NCBI GenBank assembly: GCA_947085855.1 | Contig: CAMTYB010000001.1 | Coordinates: forward strand, 341,788-405,787 | Length of the DNA: 64,000 nucleotides | Source: an uncultured Candidatus Saccharibacteria bacterium | GTDB taxonomy: Bacteria > Patescibacteriota > Saccharimonadia > Saccharimonadales > 2-12-FULL-41-12 | Direction of reading: 5' to 3' | Shown: piece by piece, positions 49,518-59,112 of the stretch | Position numbering within the stretch: the first letter of the stretch is position 1 | Layout: each line of letters begins with the position of its first letter | Notes under the pieces: generated by a model | Told to the model about the DNA's origin: nothing | Database searches by the model: none | What the model saw: the letters and a program-made list of their open reading frames with translations, nothing else | Translations under genes and position numbers: made by a program

Positions 49518-50449
49518 CCTAGGGCTATAGCCTGGTCATCAAAGAAGGTTTGAGTCGACAAATTCTGGTCCGTACCTGCTGCTACAAACGACGTTGGACC
49601 ACCGCCTGGATCAAGTCGAACACCCAAACCTATAGCGGCTGAGCGGCCGCCAGGAGCGTCGCGCATACAAATAACAAGGCTGCGATAGGTATTGGCTGGG
49701 CCAACAATGTTAGCAGTAGACAACGTATCAACCGAGGCGGTCAAGTCACCGATGCCGCCGTTTAAGCCGACGTTACCACTGAGGGCGGCTAGGCTGGCTC
49801 GACCGTTAGCTAAGTTGGTTGCGGTGTTGTTGGTAGTCTGCAGGGCTACGCTCTGAACAATAGATATTTCAGGGAATGAATTTACTGTGCTATACGGGCT
49901 AAAATTAGTAACATACAACACTCTAGACACCTCTATGCCATTTCGAATTGATAGCTCTTCGATACCAGTGGTTCCGCTCGGACTATAAAATGCTCGTGGC
50001 ACTGATTCTTCAATACTAGCTGGCTGCTCGGTTTTACCGGTGGTGGGGTTAAAATCAAGTCGCTTACCGGCAATGCTAACAGCTCGAATATTAGATACGT
50101 ATCCAGACGGGTTTCGGTAGAATTGAACGGCTTTGCCTAAAAATACACATTCTTCATTGGTTCCCTGCGGTCGCGGTGTAGCCGTAACAACCGGGACTGC
50201 CGCCGGATTTGATGACATACCAGGGACAGTACAGCTAATCGAGCCGTTATTTGACGAGAAACCATTCTCGACATCGTTGATGAGGTCTTGCATACGCGAC
50301 TCTAGATCTCGTACACCGGTGGAAAACTGGGTTTGTTGCTGACGACCATTAATGAGTGTGCCGGCCGATATCAAAAGAGCGCCACTAATTGTCAGGAAAA
50401 TTAGTACCTCAAGAATAGTATATCCAGCCAAATTTTTTTGGCATTTCAT
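49505..50449 (-). CDS. prepilin-type minor pilin (FimT/GspH-like)
   Basis: 314 aa with G|YTILEVLIFL. Confidence 0.7.
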   Translation of the reverse strand: MKCQKNLAGYTILEVLIFLTISGALLISAGTLINGRQQQTQFSTGVRDLESRMQDLINDVENGFSSNNGSISCTVPGMSSNPAAVPVVTATPRPQGTNEECVFLGKAVQFYRNPSGYVSNIRAVSIAGKRLDFNPTTGKTEQPASIEESVPRAFYSPSGTTGIEELSIRNGIEVSRVLYVTNFSPYSTVNSFPEISIVQSVALQTTNNTATNLANGRASLAALSGNVGLNGGIGDLTASVDTLSTANIVGPANTYRSLVICMRDAPGGRSAAIGLGVRLDPGGGPTSFVAAGTDQNLSTQTFFDDQAIALGCAA

Positions 50450-50479
50450 ACTTCGCAGTATAGCATAAGCTCTATCTGT

Positions 50480-51316
50480 TTAAACCCCAGTAAATAGTGA
50501 TGTATACCAATCCAGCAAATCAACACCGTACAGCATGGTAATTATGCCGCCCACAATCAAAAATGGCCCGAAAGGTATCCGGCTTTTCCGGTTAAGTTTT
50601 TTGCTAGCCAACAGTGGTACCGTCAACAACGTACCGAGCAATGAAGCAATAAACAGCATGACTGCCGCCTCCAGCGGACTAAGCAAGAAGGCTCCGATCA
50701 AGAAGCCGAGTTTTACATCTCCCCCACCTATCCAGCTACCTTGCGACACCTGGAACAGCAGATAGAATATACCCCCACCAACCACAACTCCGCCTAGTGC
50801 TCCTAGTAGCGGCTGCGCGGACTGCTCAATGCCGACATTCACCAATACGAAGGCTGCAGCTACTGCGTACAGCGGGAAAATGATCCGATTTGGTAACAGC
50901 ATCCAGCGAAGATCATAGACCAACAATGCCATCAGGCCGGTCAAGCAGACCAACCACAAGCCAAATGAGGCCATTTCGAGCCCTTTTAGCTCCTCTGGCC
51001 AGGCGACATAGGAAAAGATAAACAGAGCGGCTGTGGTCAGCTCTACTGCAGGATACTGCCAACTGATTGATCCTTTACAGTAGCGGCACTTCCCGTGCAG
51101 GCTCAGCCAGCTCAAAACCGGTATCAAATCTTGTGCCCGTAGTGTGTGTCCGCAGTGCGTACAAACTGAGCGGCCTTTAGCTATAGACAGTTCCTCTGAG
51201 CTGACTTTTTTGATTCGCTTGGATGCTGGCAGAGCTTGTTGATGCAAGCGCCAGACTAAGGCGTTAACAAAGCTCCCTAAACAGAGTCCCAACAAGGTAA
51301 GTGCTGCAAAAATCAT
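50480..51316 (-). CDS. pilD: prepilin peptidase (A24 family)
   Basis: 278 aa. N-terminal GSFVNALVWRL, zinc-binding CTHCGH...CRYC, polytopic. Confidence 0.9.
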   Translation of the reverse strand: MIFAALTLLGLCLGSFVNALVWRLHQQALPASKRIKKVSSEELSIAKGRSVCTHCGHTLRAQDLIPVLSWLSLHGKCRYCKGSISWQYPAVELTTAALFIFSYVAWPEELKGLEMASFGLWLVCLTGLMALLVYDLRWMLLPNRIIFPLYAVAAAFVLVNVGIEQSAQPLLGALGGVVVGGGIFYLLFQVSQGSWIGGGDVKLGFLIGAFLLSPLEAAVMLFIASLLGTLLTVPLLASKKLNRKSRIPFGPFLIVGGIITMLYGVDLLDWYTSLFTGV

Positions 51317-51341
51317 TATGCTCTAGCTTATCACTAAACAG

Positions 51342-51371
51342 AAAAAAACGGGACTGGATTGTCCCGTTTTT
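51342..51371 (-). terminator. intrinsic terminator between pilA and pilD
   Basis: Minus strand AACGGGAC, loop AATCCA, GTCCCGTT, then TTTTTC. Lies 19 nt after the pilA stop. Confidence 0.7.
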
Positions 51372-51389
51372 CCTGATCGCCTGACCTAT

Positions 51390-51974
51390 TTAGAGGTTCT
51401 GGCAGACACCTACGAGGCCACCTTGGCGCTCTGTAGGATAGATCAACACTACAGTTCGAGGTGTAGCACCGTTAGTAGTAGCGATGTTGCCAGCGCCGTT
51501 ACCGATGGTTGTAGCTACGTTAGTAGTGTTAGTACCTGGATCACCGTATGGAGTTGCTCCGTTGTCGTTACACTTCAAGTTGTTTCGCAACAATACTTGG
51601 TCGGTACCGATGTTAGCTGGCAATGTTGCAGCTGCACCTGGGGCAACCCATGTGTAGTCAAGTCGCAATAGCTGAGTTCGGCGAACGTTCTCAATCACGT
51701 CAGGGATTGCTGTAGCAGCACCGTCTTGCGTATGAGTTACGTTAGCTTGGGTAGCTAAGTTACCGTTGTTATTGTTGATAGCTTCTTGTGTCGCACCAGC
51801 CAATGAAGCTGCATCGTTCTTACGTTGCGTGTTACGGCTGTTACGTTGGAGTGAAGGTACCGCTAGGAACACGATCAATACAATCAGACCGGCAATAGCG
51901 AGTACAATCAAGACTTCGATAATGGTGAAGCCCTTTTCTTGTTTCTTTAGTAGTGGTAATTTCATTATGATCAC
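51390..51974 (-). CDS. pilA: type IV major pilin
   Basis: 194 aa with KG|FTIIEVLIVLAIAGLIV. Own terminator and short spacing to pilC. Confidence 0.85.
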   Translation of the reverse strand: MIIMKLPLLKKQEKGFTIIEVLIVLAIAGLIVLIVFLAVPSLQRNSRNTQRKNDAASLAGATQEAINNNNGNLATQANVTHTQDGAATAIPDVIENVRRTQLLRLDYTWVAPGAAATLPANIGTDQVLLRNNLKCNDNGATPYGDPGTNTTNVATTIGNGAGNIATTNGATPRTVVLIYPTERQGGLVGVCQNL

Positions 51975-52069
51975 ACCCTCCTGTGATGCATGATTATTGT
52001 TGGTTATGCTTACATACTAGGTTAGCTTTTTGTTTATTGCAAGCAGTTTTCCCCAGTTTTGTATATCTG

Positions 52070-53302
52070 TTACTTAATAATGTCTTTACCGGCCAGGCCA
52101 TAGATCGGCAAAAGAACGGCAGCTACGATGGCAAACGCCACGATACCAAGCAGCACCATCATTAGTGGCTCGATGATAGTAGAGATGGTCTTAATCTGGT
52201 TATCAACTTCTTTTTCGTAGTAGTCAGCTGTTTTTTCGAGCATATCCTCTAAGGAACCTGATTCCTCACCAATACGAAGCATGTTTGGCACGAGTACCAG
52301 GAAGTTCGGATCTCCTTCTATGGAGTCTGAGAGTGACTTACCGCCCTTTACCTTCTCGATAGCCCTATTAACTGAGCGCTCCAGGTGTACGTTGTTAATG
52401 GACTGAGACACAACCTCAAGCATCTGGATCAGTGGCACACCGCTGGCAACCAGTGTTGTGCCAGTACGTGCAAAGCGCGCCATATAGAGCTTCATAAACA
52501 ACGGTCCAAACGGCCAGGCCTTCATCTTTAGGCCATCGATGACATCCCGACCAGGACCAGTCCGAGCATACTTAGTCACAGCAAAGCCTAAGAAGATTAA
52601 AATACCTATGACGATATACCAATAATCAGTTATGAAGTGTGATGCGGCTAACATAACCTTGGTGATGAGTGGCAGCTCAGCGCCAGGAATGTCTTTGTAG
52701 ATAACCTCTACTTGAGGCAAAACCTTTACAAGCATAAAGCCTACGACACCGATCATAACGAGGATAACAACTGCCGGATAAGCCAGGGCGCCTTTGATCT
52801 TACCCATAATTTCGGCGTCTTTTTCTTGCTGGAAGGCAATGCGCTCCAAGGCTTTGTCGAGCGTACCAGAAACTTCACCGGCTGCCATCAAGTTAATGTA
52901 GATGTTGTTAAAGACTTTGGGGTGCTTCTTTAAAGCCTCAGAGAACGAAGTTCCACCTTCGATATCGCTAATAATTTCGTTAATGACCGACTTGAGAGCT
53001 TTGTTCTCTGTTTGGTCGTTTACACTGCGCAATGACTGCACCAGTGGTAAACCGGCATTGATCAAGGTCGACATTTGGCGAGAAAAGACAATTTTCTCTT
53101 TGGTTTTAATGCGATTCTTGTACCACTCAATGGGGTTAAACTTGCCGAGTGTTCCGCTAGCACCTTCTTCTTTGATGTCAATCGGCGCCAAGCCTTGTTG
53201 CTGAATTAGCTTGGCAGCACCAGCCTCATTATCGGCCTGTAGCGTAGCTTTAATCTGTTGGCCAGTAGCTGGGTCGCGAGCGGTATATTTGTATGTAAGC
53301 AT
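52070..53302 (-). CDS. pilC: type IV pilus platform protein (GspF/PilC family)
   Basis: 410 aa with duplicated T2SS-F domains and 3 TM segments. Confidence 0.9.
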   Translation of the reverse strand: MLTYKYTARDPATGQQIKATLQADNEAGAAKLIQQQGLAPIDIKEEGASGTLGKFNPIEWYKNRIKTKEKIVFSRQMSTLINAGLPLVQSLRSVNDQTENKALKSVINEIISDIEGGTSFSEALKKHPKVFNNIYINLMAAGEVSGTLDKALERIAFQQEKDAEIMGKIKGALAYPAVVILVMIGVVGFMLVKVLPQVEVIYKDIPGAELPLITKVMLAASHFITDYWYIVIGILIFLGFAVTKYARTGPGRDVIDGLKMKAWPFGPLFMKLYMARFARTGTTLVASGVPLIQMLEVVSQSINNVHLERSVNRAIEKVKGGKSLSDSIEGDPNFLVLVPNMLRIGEESGSLEDMLEKTADYYEKEVDNQIKTISTIIEPLMMVLLGIVAFAIVAAVLLPIYGLAGKDIIK

Positions 53303-53324
53303 GTTTGTTCTCTTTAGTTTGACC

Positions 53325-54392
53325 CTATGATCTCATGAGCCGATCTAATTCATCAAGGTCAACGGCTACATTGCGAGCCTCATCATAGGTAATAGTACCA
53401 GCGTGAATCAGGTTAACAAGGGTCTTGTCCATAGACTGCATACCGTGTTCGGAGCCAGTCTGGATAACTGCCTCTAACTGGTGCGTCTTGCCTTCACGAA
53501 TAATGTTACGGACGGCTGGTGTAGCCACCATGACTTCAGCGGCAGCAATACGGCCGCCACCAATGGTTGGGATAAGGCGCTGCGAACAGATGCCCATCAA
53601 GATATTGCTCAGCTGGGCTCGAATTTGCGGCTGCTGGTGCGGCGGAAAAACGTCAATCATACGATCAATACTCTGAGCTGCACCGTTAGTGTGCAGCGTC
53701 GCAAACACCAAGTGACCGGTTTCGGCAATCGTAATTGCCGAAGCAATCGTCTCGAGGTCACGCATCTCACCAAGCAATACAACGTCCGGGTCCTGGCGCA
53801 AGCTACTACGTAAAGCTGCCGAGAATGAGAACGTGTCATAATGCACTTCTCGCTGTACGATGACTGATTTGTTGCTCTTGTGCGTAAATTCGATCGGATC
53901 TTCAATAGTCACAATGTGAACCGCTTTTTCGACGTTAATCTTATGGACTAACGCCGCCAAGGTTGTCGACTTACCAGAACCGGTTGGACCGGTTACTAAG
54001 ATAAGACCTCTCGGGTAATCAGCGAATTTAGAGATAATTGGCGGCAAACCAAGCTGTTCGAGAGTTGTGATCTCATTAGGAATTAGTCGCAAAGCGGCTG
54101 CTATATTACCTCGTTCGTGGAAAGCGTTAACACGGAAGCGGCCAAGGTCGCCAAAGGCAAAGCTAAAGTCAAATTCTTTATCTTTTAATAAGATCTGTTT
54201 TTGCTCGTCATCAAGAATAGCAAAAACGAGTGATTCGACTGATTCTTCGTTGAGTACAGTTCCGCCGGTTACAGATACCAAAGCACCGTCAACACGCAGC
54301 ATTGGTGGCAGGCCAACTTGCAAGTGCAAGTCAGAGGCTTTCTTTTTTATAACTTCTTCTAAAAGTGTTTCTATTCGTATGTGTGCTGTCAC
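53325..54392 (-). CDS. pilT: twitching-motility retraction ATPase PilT
   Basis: 355 aa, Walker A GPTGSGKST, His box and PilT-type C-terminus. Confidence 0.9.
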   Translation of the reverse strand: MTAHIRIETLLEEVIKKKASDLHLQVGLPPMLRVDGALVSVTGGTVLNEESVESLVFAILDDEQKQILLKDKEFDFSFAFGDLGRFRVNAFHERGNIAAALRLIPNEITTLEQLGLPPIISKFADYPRGLILVTGPTGSGKSTTLAALVHKINVEKAVHIVTIEDPIEFTHKSNKSVIVQREVHYDTFSFSAALRSSLRQDPDVVLLGEMRDLETIASAITIAETGHLVFATLHTNGAAQSIDRMIDVFPPHQQPQIRAQLSNILMGICSQRLIPTIGGGRIAAAEVMVATPAVRNIIREGKTHQLEAVIQTGSEHGMQSMDKTLVNLIHAGTITYDEARNVAVDLDELDRLMRS

Positions 54393-54418
54393 GGTGGTGC
54401 CCTTTATTTCCCCTCTGG

Positions 54419-56251
54419 TTACGCGCTATCAGCGGCGGCGACGCGATTAACTTCGCTTACGGTGGTATACCCTGCTAACGCCTTAAAGTAGCCGTCTTCG
54501 CGCATGGTCACCATGCCTTGCTCTTGAGCAGCTCGCTGGATCTCGGCACTGGTTGCTCGCTTGAGAATCAGTTGCTGAATGGCCTCATCGATTTCAAAAA
54601 CTTCGTAGAGGCCCATTCTACCCTTATAACCAGCTGGCGTTTCCCGGGTATCCTTACCCTTGTACAAAGTATAAGCATTTTGACCAGTCAGTGGCAAGCT
54701 TTCGTAGCCAAAATCTTCGGCTGCTGCTGCCATCTCTTCTTTTGTTTTGGGCAAGAATTTACCAATATTATCAATTATGGCCTCTGTTTCGGGCACCGTA
54801 GCGTCGTACGTCTCTTTGTTTTCAGCCACACGCCGAACCAAGCGCTGACCAATAACCGTTCGCACGGTAGAGGCAATCAAGAATGGCTCGATGCCCATAT
54901 CCAGTAAGCGCGGCAAAATACCGGCAGCGGAGTTAGTGTGCAGCGTACTAAATACCAAGTGACCAGTTAAGGCTGCCTGTACTGCTAATTGGGCAGTTTC
55001 TTTGTCACGAATCTCACCGACCATAACCACGTCTGGGTCCTGACGCAAGATCGAGCGAAGACCAGAAGCAAATGTCAGGCCGACTTCGGTATTAACCTGT
55101 ATCTGATTAATGCCGTCCATCTTGTACTCGACCGGGTCTTCCAAGGTAACAATGTTGATAGTGTCGCTCTTAACTTCATTTAACAGCGCGTACATAGAGG
55201 TGGATTTACCTGATCCGGTCGGGCCAGAGGTTAAAATCATACCGTTTGGATTTTCGATACCGCGTCGAATTGTTCGCAGTGCGCGTCCGTGGTAGCCCAT
55301 GTCTTCTAGGCGCAGGCTTGTGCCGCTCTTGTCTAGCAGACGAATAACAACCTGTTCACCCCATACAACTGGCGAGATAGCAATACGAAGATCGATTGCC
55401 TTGTCACCCACTGCTACGGTAAACTGACCGTCTTGAGGAATACGATGTTCGTCAATCTTTAGGTTACTTAAAATCTTGATACGAGATATAAGGGGTGGTT
55501 CGATGCTCTTTGGCAACTTCATAATTTCCCGCAACACACCGTCAATTCGACAACGAATCTTGAGTTCCTTTTCTAATGGTTCAATATGGATGTCACTGGC
55601 ACGACTCTTGGCCGCATAATCAAGAATGGTAGACAGTGCCTTACTGATTGGTGAGTCTTGCACAATGGTTGTAATGTTTTTGTGCTCAGGACCGGCTGGG
55701 ACTGCCACTGTGCCATCGGCTGCTTTTTCGCCAGGTTGCACGCCAGCAACAGATTGATAGTCGCTATCAACGTGGGCGCCGATAGTTTTAGCAACATCAG
55801 CTTCAACGTCTTCACTGTACTGCTCAAGAACCTTGCGAATGCCTGCTTCGCTCGCGGTATACACTTTGAGCTCGCGACCAATTCGGTTAGACAAGAAGTC
55901 GACCGCCTGAACGTTATCAGCGTCAAGCATGGCCACGACTAACTTATGCTGGATCTGGCCCAATGGTACCGCCATGTAGCGCTCGGCAACTTCTTTTGAT
56001 ATAAGGCGCAGTATTTCTTTGTCGATATGCGCATCCAGCAGGTTCACATAGGGTACGTGGTTGATCTTAGCCGTGACTTTAGTTAAGACTTCGTTAGAGA
56101 CCTTGCCTTCTTCCACGAGCATACCAAAGAAAGGCTTAGCGTCTTTCTCTGCCTTTTCCTTGATACTCTCAAGTTCGTTTTGCTGCACATAGCCTTCAGC
56201 GACGAGCATTTGCTCGACTTGCTTTTGGTTGGCAGCCGATAGGATACTCAC
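54419..56251 (-). CDS. pilB: type IV pilus extension ATPase (GspE/PilB family)
   Basis: 610 aa, N-terminal GSPII_E_N-like domain and Walker A GPTGSGKST. No tetracysteine zinc motif noticed by eye. Confidence 0.9.
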   Translation of the reverse strand: MSILSAANQKQVEQMLVAEGYVQQNELESIKEKAEKDAKPFFGMLVEEGKVSNEVLTKVTAKINHVPYVNLLDAHIDKEILRLISKEVAERYMAVPLGQIQHKLVVAMLDADNVQAVDFLSNRIGRELKVYTASEAGIRKVLEQYSEDVEADVAKTIGAHVDSDYQSVAGVQPGEKAADGTVAVPAGPEHKNITTIVQDSPISKALSTILDYAAKSRASDIHIEPLEKELKIRCRIDGVLREIMKLPKSIEPPLISRIKILSNLKIDEHRIPQDGQFTVAVGDKAIDLRIAISPVVWGEQVVIRLLDKSGTSLRLEDMGYHGRALRTIRRGIENPNGMILTSGPTGSGKSTSMYALLNEVKSDTINIVTLEDPVEYKMDGINQIQVNTEVGLTFASGLRSILRQDPDVVMVGEIRDKETAQLAVQAALTGHLVFSTLHTNSAAGILPRLLDMGIEPFLIASTVRTVIGQRLVRRVAENKETYDATVPETEAIIDNIGKFLPKTKEEMAAAAEDFGYESLPLTGQNAYTLYKGKDTRETPAGYKGRMGLYEVFEIDEAIQQLILKRATSAEIQRAAQEQGMVTMREDGYFKALAGYTTVSEVNRVAAADSA

Positions 56252-56263
56252 GTACCGAGGCTC

Positions 56264-56500
56264 CTAGAATGGGTTCGCGTTAGAACCGTTACCGATTTCG
56301 ATAAGTTGGGTTGGGTTGATCGCGTTATTATTGAAGACTTTATTATCCGGCTGTTGGAACTCAGACTTGATTGGTTCAACAATCTGCGCCGATAGCTCCT
56401 TGTTTTTCTTTGGCACAAAGAACTGTTGTGTTAGTACTATCGAGATAACTCCACCGATAGCAGCTACAATCAAGATGAGGGCAATATCTTTTTGTTTCAT
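56264..56500 (-). CDS. small single-pass membrane protein in the pilus operon
   Basis: 78 aa, positioned between pilO-like and pilB. Confidence 0.55.
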   Translation of the reverse strand: MKQKDIALILIVAAIGGVISIVLTQQFFVPKKNKELSAQIVEPIKSEFQQPDNKVFNNNAINPTQLIEIGNGSNANPF

Positions 56501-56501
56501 A

Positions 56502-57173
56502 TTATTTCTTCTTCACCGTTTCGGTTTTAATATCAAATTTCATTGGTGGCTGGAAATAGGTCTTAGCATCAACAGTAATTTTTAGCGAGCCTGGATCACC
56601 AGTAATCGTCAGTTTTTTAACCTGCATTGGTCGAATGGAGCGTTCAAAGGTTTGCAAAATTGGCTTTATCGAGCCAGCCGTGCCGTTAACAAGTACTGTG
56701 TACGGTACGTCAATCGGCTGTGGTGCCGCACTGGCCGTGGCAGCTCCTTGAGCAAGTTCATCGTCAGTTCCAGTTATGGCTTCTACGTTATAGTCCTTGA
56801 GCATTTTGTTCAGACTGGTAGTTAACGCCGGGAAGTCATACTTACTTGGCAATGCATCCAGTATAATTCGCGGGTTTTCACCGTCTTTATCGCCCGTACC
56901 CTTAGCATTGCCTCCCAGCACGTTTGTTTGGCTGTCGGCAAAGGTCTGGTAAGCCGTCTTGAGCTTGTTAACTTCTTCTACGTTTTTCTCGAGCTGGTCA
57001 CGAGCCTTTTTCTTCTTATCGATAACTTCGGCTTGGTATGACTGCTGCTTGATCAGTGAGTTAGAAGCTACAATTGAGAAAATTATGAGAATTGAAGCCA
57101 GGCCAACAGCGATAACAATGGTTGTGTTGTCTTTGTCGATAGCGAGCTGCTTGAGCGAAAGTTGCTTACCCAT
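56502..57173 (-). CDS. pilO: PilO-like pilus assembly protein
   Basis: 223 aa with an N-terminal TM segment, a coiled coil and a ferredoxin-like C-terminus. Follows pilN, with start/stop overlap. Confidence 0.6.
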   Translation of the reverse strand: MGKQLSLKQLAIDKDNTTIVIAVGLASILIIFSIVASNSLIKQQSYQAEVIDKKKKARDQLEKNVEEVNKLKTAYQTFADSQTNVLGGNAKGTGDKDGENPRIILDALPSKYDFPALTTSLNKMLKDYNVEAITGTDDELAQGAATASAAPQPIDVPYTVLVNGTAGSIKPILQTFERSIRPMQVKKLTITGDPGSLKITVDAKTYFQPPMKFDIKTETVKKK

Positions 57174-57910
57174 TACTGCACTCCCCCTTCTGGTTTAACT
57201 TCAGGAGCCGGTACAAATAGCTGGTTTGGTTTTTCGGTGGCAGATCGGGTTGAGGTAATGCTTGGAACTGTCAAGATAACTTGCGGCGAGTTCTCTGGTG
57301 CATCTTTGACCTGAGTAAAGATAGCCGGGTCAAAATTAAAGCTCAGTTCATACGTCAGCTGCTCACCTTGAGAGCTCTTGATGGTAAAGTTAGTGAGCAC
57401 CACGCTACTAAAGGCCTTGCCAGTTCGCTTACCAGACTGACTATCAATCGTAAAATCAGTAAACTTTAGCGTATCGGCAAACTTGTTGATGGTCACGAGA
57501 TTGTCGGCCGTTCCACTCAATTTCATGTTATTGCCTTCAAAATCTACTCCGACATCGGATATGCTAGCCTGATTTGGTGTGATTTGCGTCAAGAAGTCGA
57601 TCAATCGCGAGCTAATTACCTTTTTGTCATGTAGTTCAGGTAGTTTGTTGAGCTGATTTTGAATCGTCAGAATTTTATCGAGATCATTAACTTCTTGAAT
57701 CTTAGCCGTACTATCCTTGATCTCGCTATCTAGATTGCTGATATGTCGCGTCTGGTTAACGCGCACGAATAGGAACAAGAGGAGAAATATCGCCAAACAA
57801 ACACCGCTCGCAATAATACAGACAAAGACTATCAAACGCTTACGATTGCGCGTCTTTATGTAGTCAATTTTAACGTCTGGTAAGAGGTTAAACTGAATCA
57901 TATTATTCAT
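57173..57910 (-). CDS. pilN: PilN-like pilus assembly protein
   Basis: 245 aa, IQFNLLPD followed by a TM segment. Confidence 0.75.
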   Translation of the reverse strand: MNNMIQFNLLPDVKIDYIKTRNRKRLIVFVCIIASGVCLAIFLLLFLFVRVNQTRHISNLDSEIKDSTAKIQEVNDLDKILTIQNQLNKLPELHDKKVISSRLIDFLTQITPNQASISDVGVDFEGNNMKLSGTADNLVTINKFADTLKFTDFTIDSQSGKRTGKAFSSVVLTNFTIKSSQGEQLTYELSFNFDPAIFTQVKDAPENSPQVILTVPSITSTRSATEKPNQLFVPAPEVKPEGGVQ

Positions 57911-58943
57911 CCCTCTCCGCTAGACCAACGGCCACACCAAAGTGGTTAGACAAAGCCATCAACTCATTTTGTCGCTCTAGACCATACTGGACGTTGCGCC
58001 AGGCGTTACCAATTTCAACATTAATGCCAAACCGATTAGCAATGTGCAGCGGAAACTCTGGCAAAGCCGAGGCACCACCGGTCATCACAATCCGTTCAAT
58101 CTTAGTGTTGTTGTAGCGCGTTTGGAAGAATTTAATCGACTTATCGATGTCGTTCATCAACAGATCAATCGTACCAACGATAGCATGATACACTTGGCCC
58201 TCCAGCTTCTGCTGGCTCAAACCAAATTTAAAGACAAACTCCTGGGCCTGCTTTTCATCAATACTCAAATTCTGCTGAGCTGCCCGGATAATTGCCTCTG
58301 AACCAGTTGCCACAGCACGTGTGAGGCGCGGAACACCGCCCATAGTAATGACAATGTCGGTGCTCTTGCTACCAATGTCGATAACCATCTGTGGAGCTGC
58401 TGCCTCCAACGGTGTCATGGCTCGAACTAAGGCTAGATTATCTGGTTCAAATGAAATAACGTTGAGACCAATTGACTCTAGCAAATCGAGTCGCTCTTCG
58501 ACGAAGCTATTTGGCACACTTGAGAGCAGGATCTCAACTTTATTAGGGTCTTTTGGCGAGTCACCAAGCAAAGCCCAATCAATCTTTGATTCAGCTAGTG
58601 GCGTCGGTATCAGTGAATCAGCCTGGAATCGAATCGTTTTAGCTAGTTCATTCTGATCAAGTCGCTCGATATCGACGACTGCCGTAAAGACACGCGATGA
58701 CGGTATGCCAACAGCAACATTCTTAGTATTAATCTGAGCCTGCGCCAACATATCTTTGATGGCATTGGCCACCTTCTGCTGATCGGCCTTGGCATCGCTC
58801 AGCGCAATCTTGCTATCAATAGGGGCCATTGCATAGCGTAACAACTGTTTTGACTTTGGATTGTTGGTAACCTGAACAGCCCTGATGGCCGTTGTCCCTA
58901 CATCAAGTCCAAAGAATTCGGATACCCCACTCAGTAAACTCAT
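57903..58943 (-). CDS. pilM: type IV pilus assembly ATPase-fold protein PilM
   Basis: 346 aa, actin-like FGLDVGTTAIRAV and a second phosphate motif MTGGAS. Confidence 0.85.
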   Translation of the reverse strand: MSLLSGVSEFFGLDVGTTAIRAVQVTNNPKSKQLLRYAMAPIDSKIALSDAKADQQKVANAIKDMLAQAQINTKNVAVGIPSSRVFTAVVDIERLDQNELAKTIRFQADSLIPTPLAESKIDWALLGDSPKDPNKVEILLSSVPNSFVEERLDLLESIGLNVISFEPDNLALVRAMTPLEAAAPQMVIDIGSKSTDIVITMGGVPRLTRAVATGSEAIIRAAQQNLSIDEKQAQEFVFKFGLSQQKLEGQVYHAIVGTIDLLMNDIDKSIKFFQTRYNNTKIERIVMTGGASALPEFPLHIANRFGINVEIGNAWRNVQYGLERQNELMALSNHFGVAVGLAERDE

Positions 58944-59055
58944 TATATTAGCCTAACTCTTTCGAGCAGATCCTTCTGTTTGTTTCTTGGTTAATATTTG
59001 TTGCGCCATTCTTCTCTTCCAGCGTTCCTCAAGTGAGAGTCGCTTCTTTAGATGT

Positions 59056-59086
59056 AGTATAGCATAAGAACTATACCAAATTGCAA
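59056..59086 (-). promoter_or_regulatory. candidate pil operon promoter (TTGCAA ... TGCTATACT extended -10)
   Basis: Minus strand TTGCAA (59086-59081), 19-nt spacer, TG-n-TATACT (59064-59056). Lies ~110 nt upstream of pilM. Confidence 0.35.
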
Positions 59087-59112
59087 TGCCTCTTTTTTAA
59101 ACTATTACTCGC

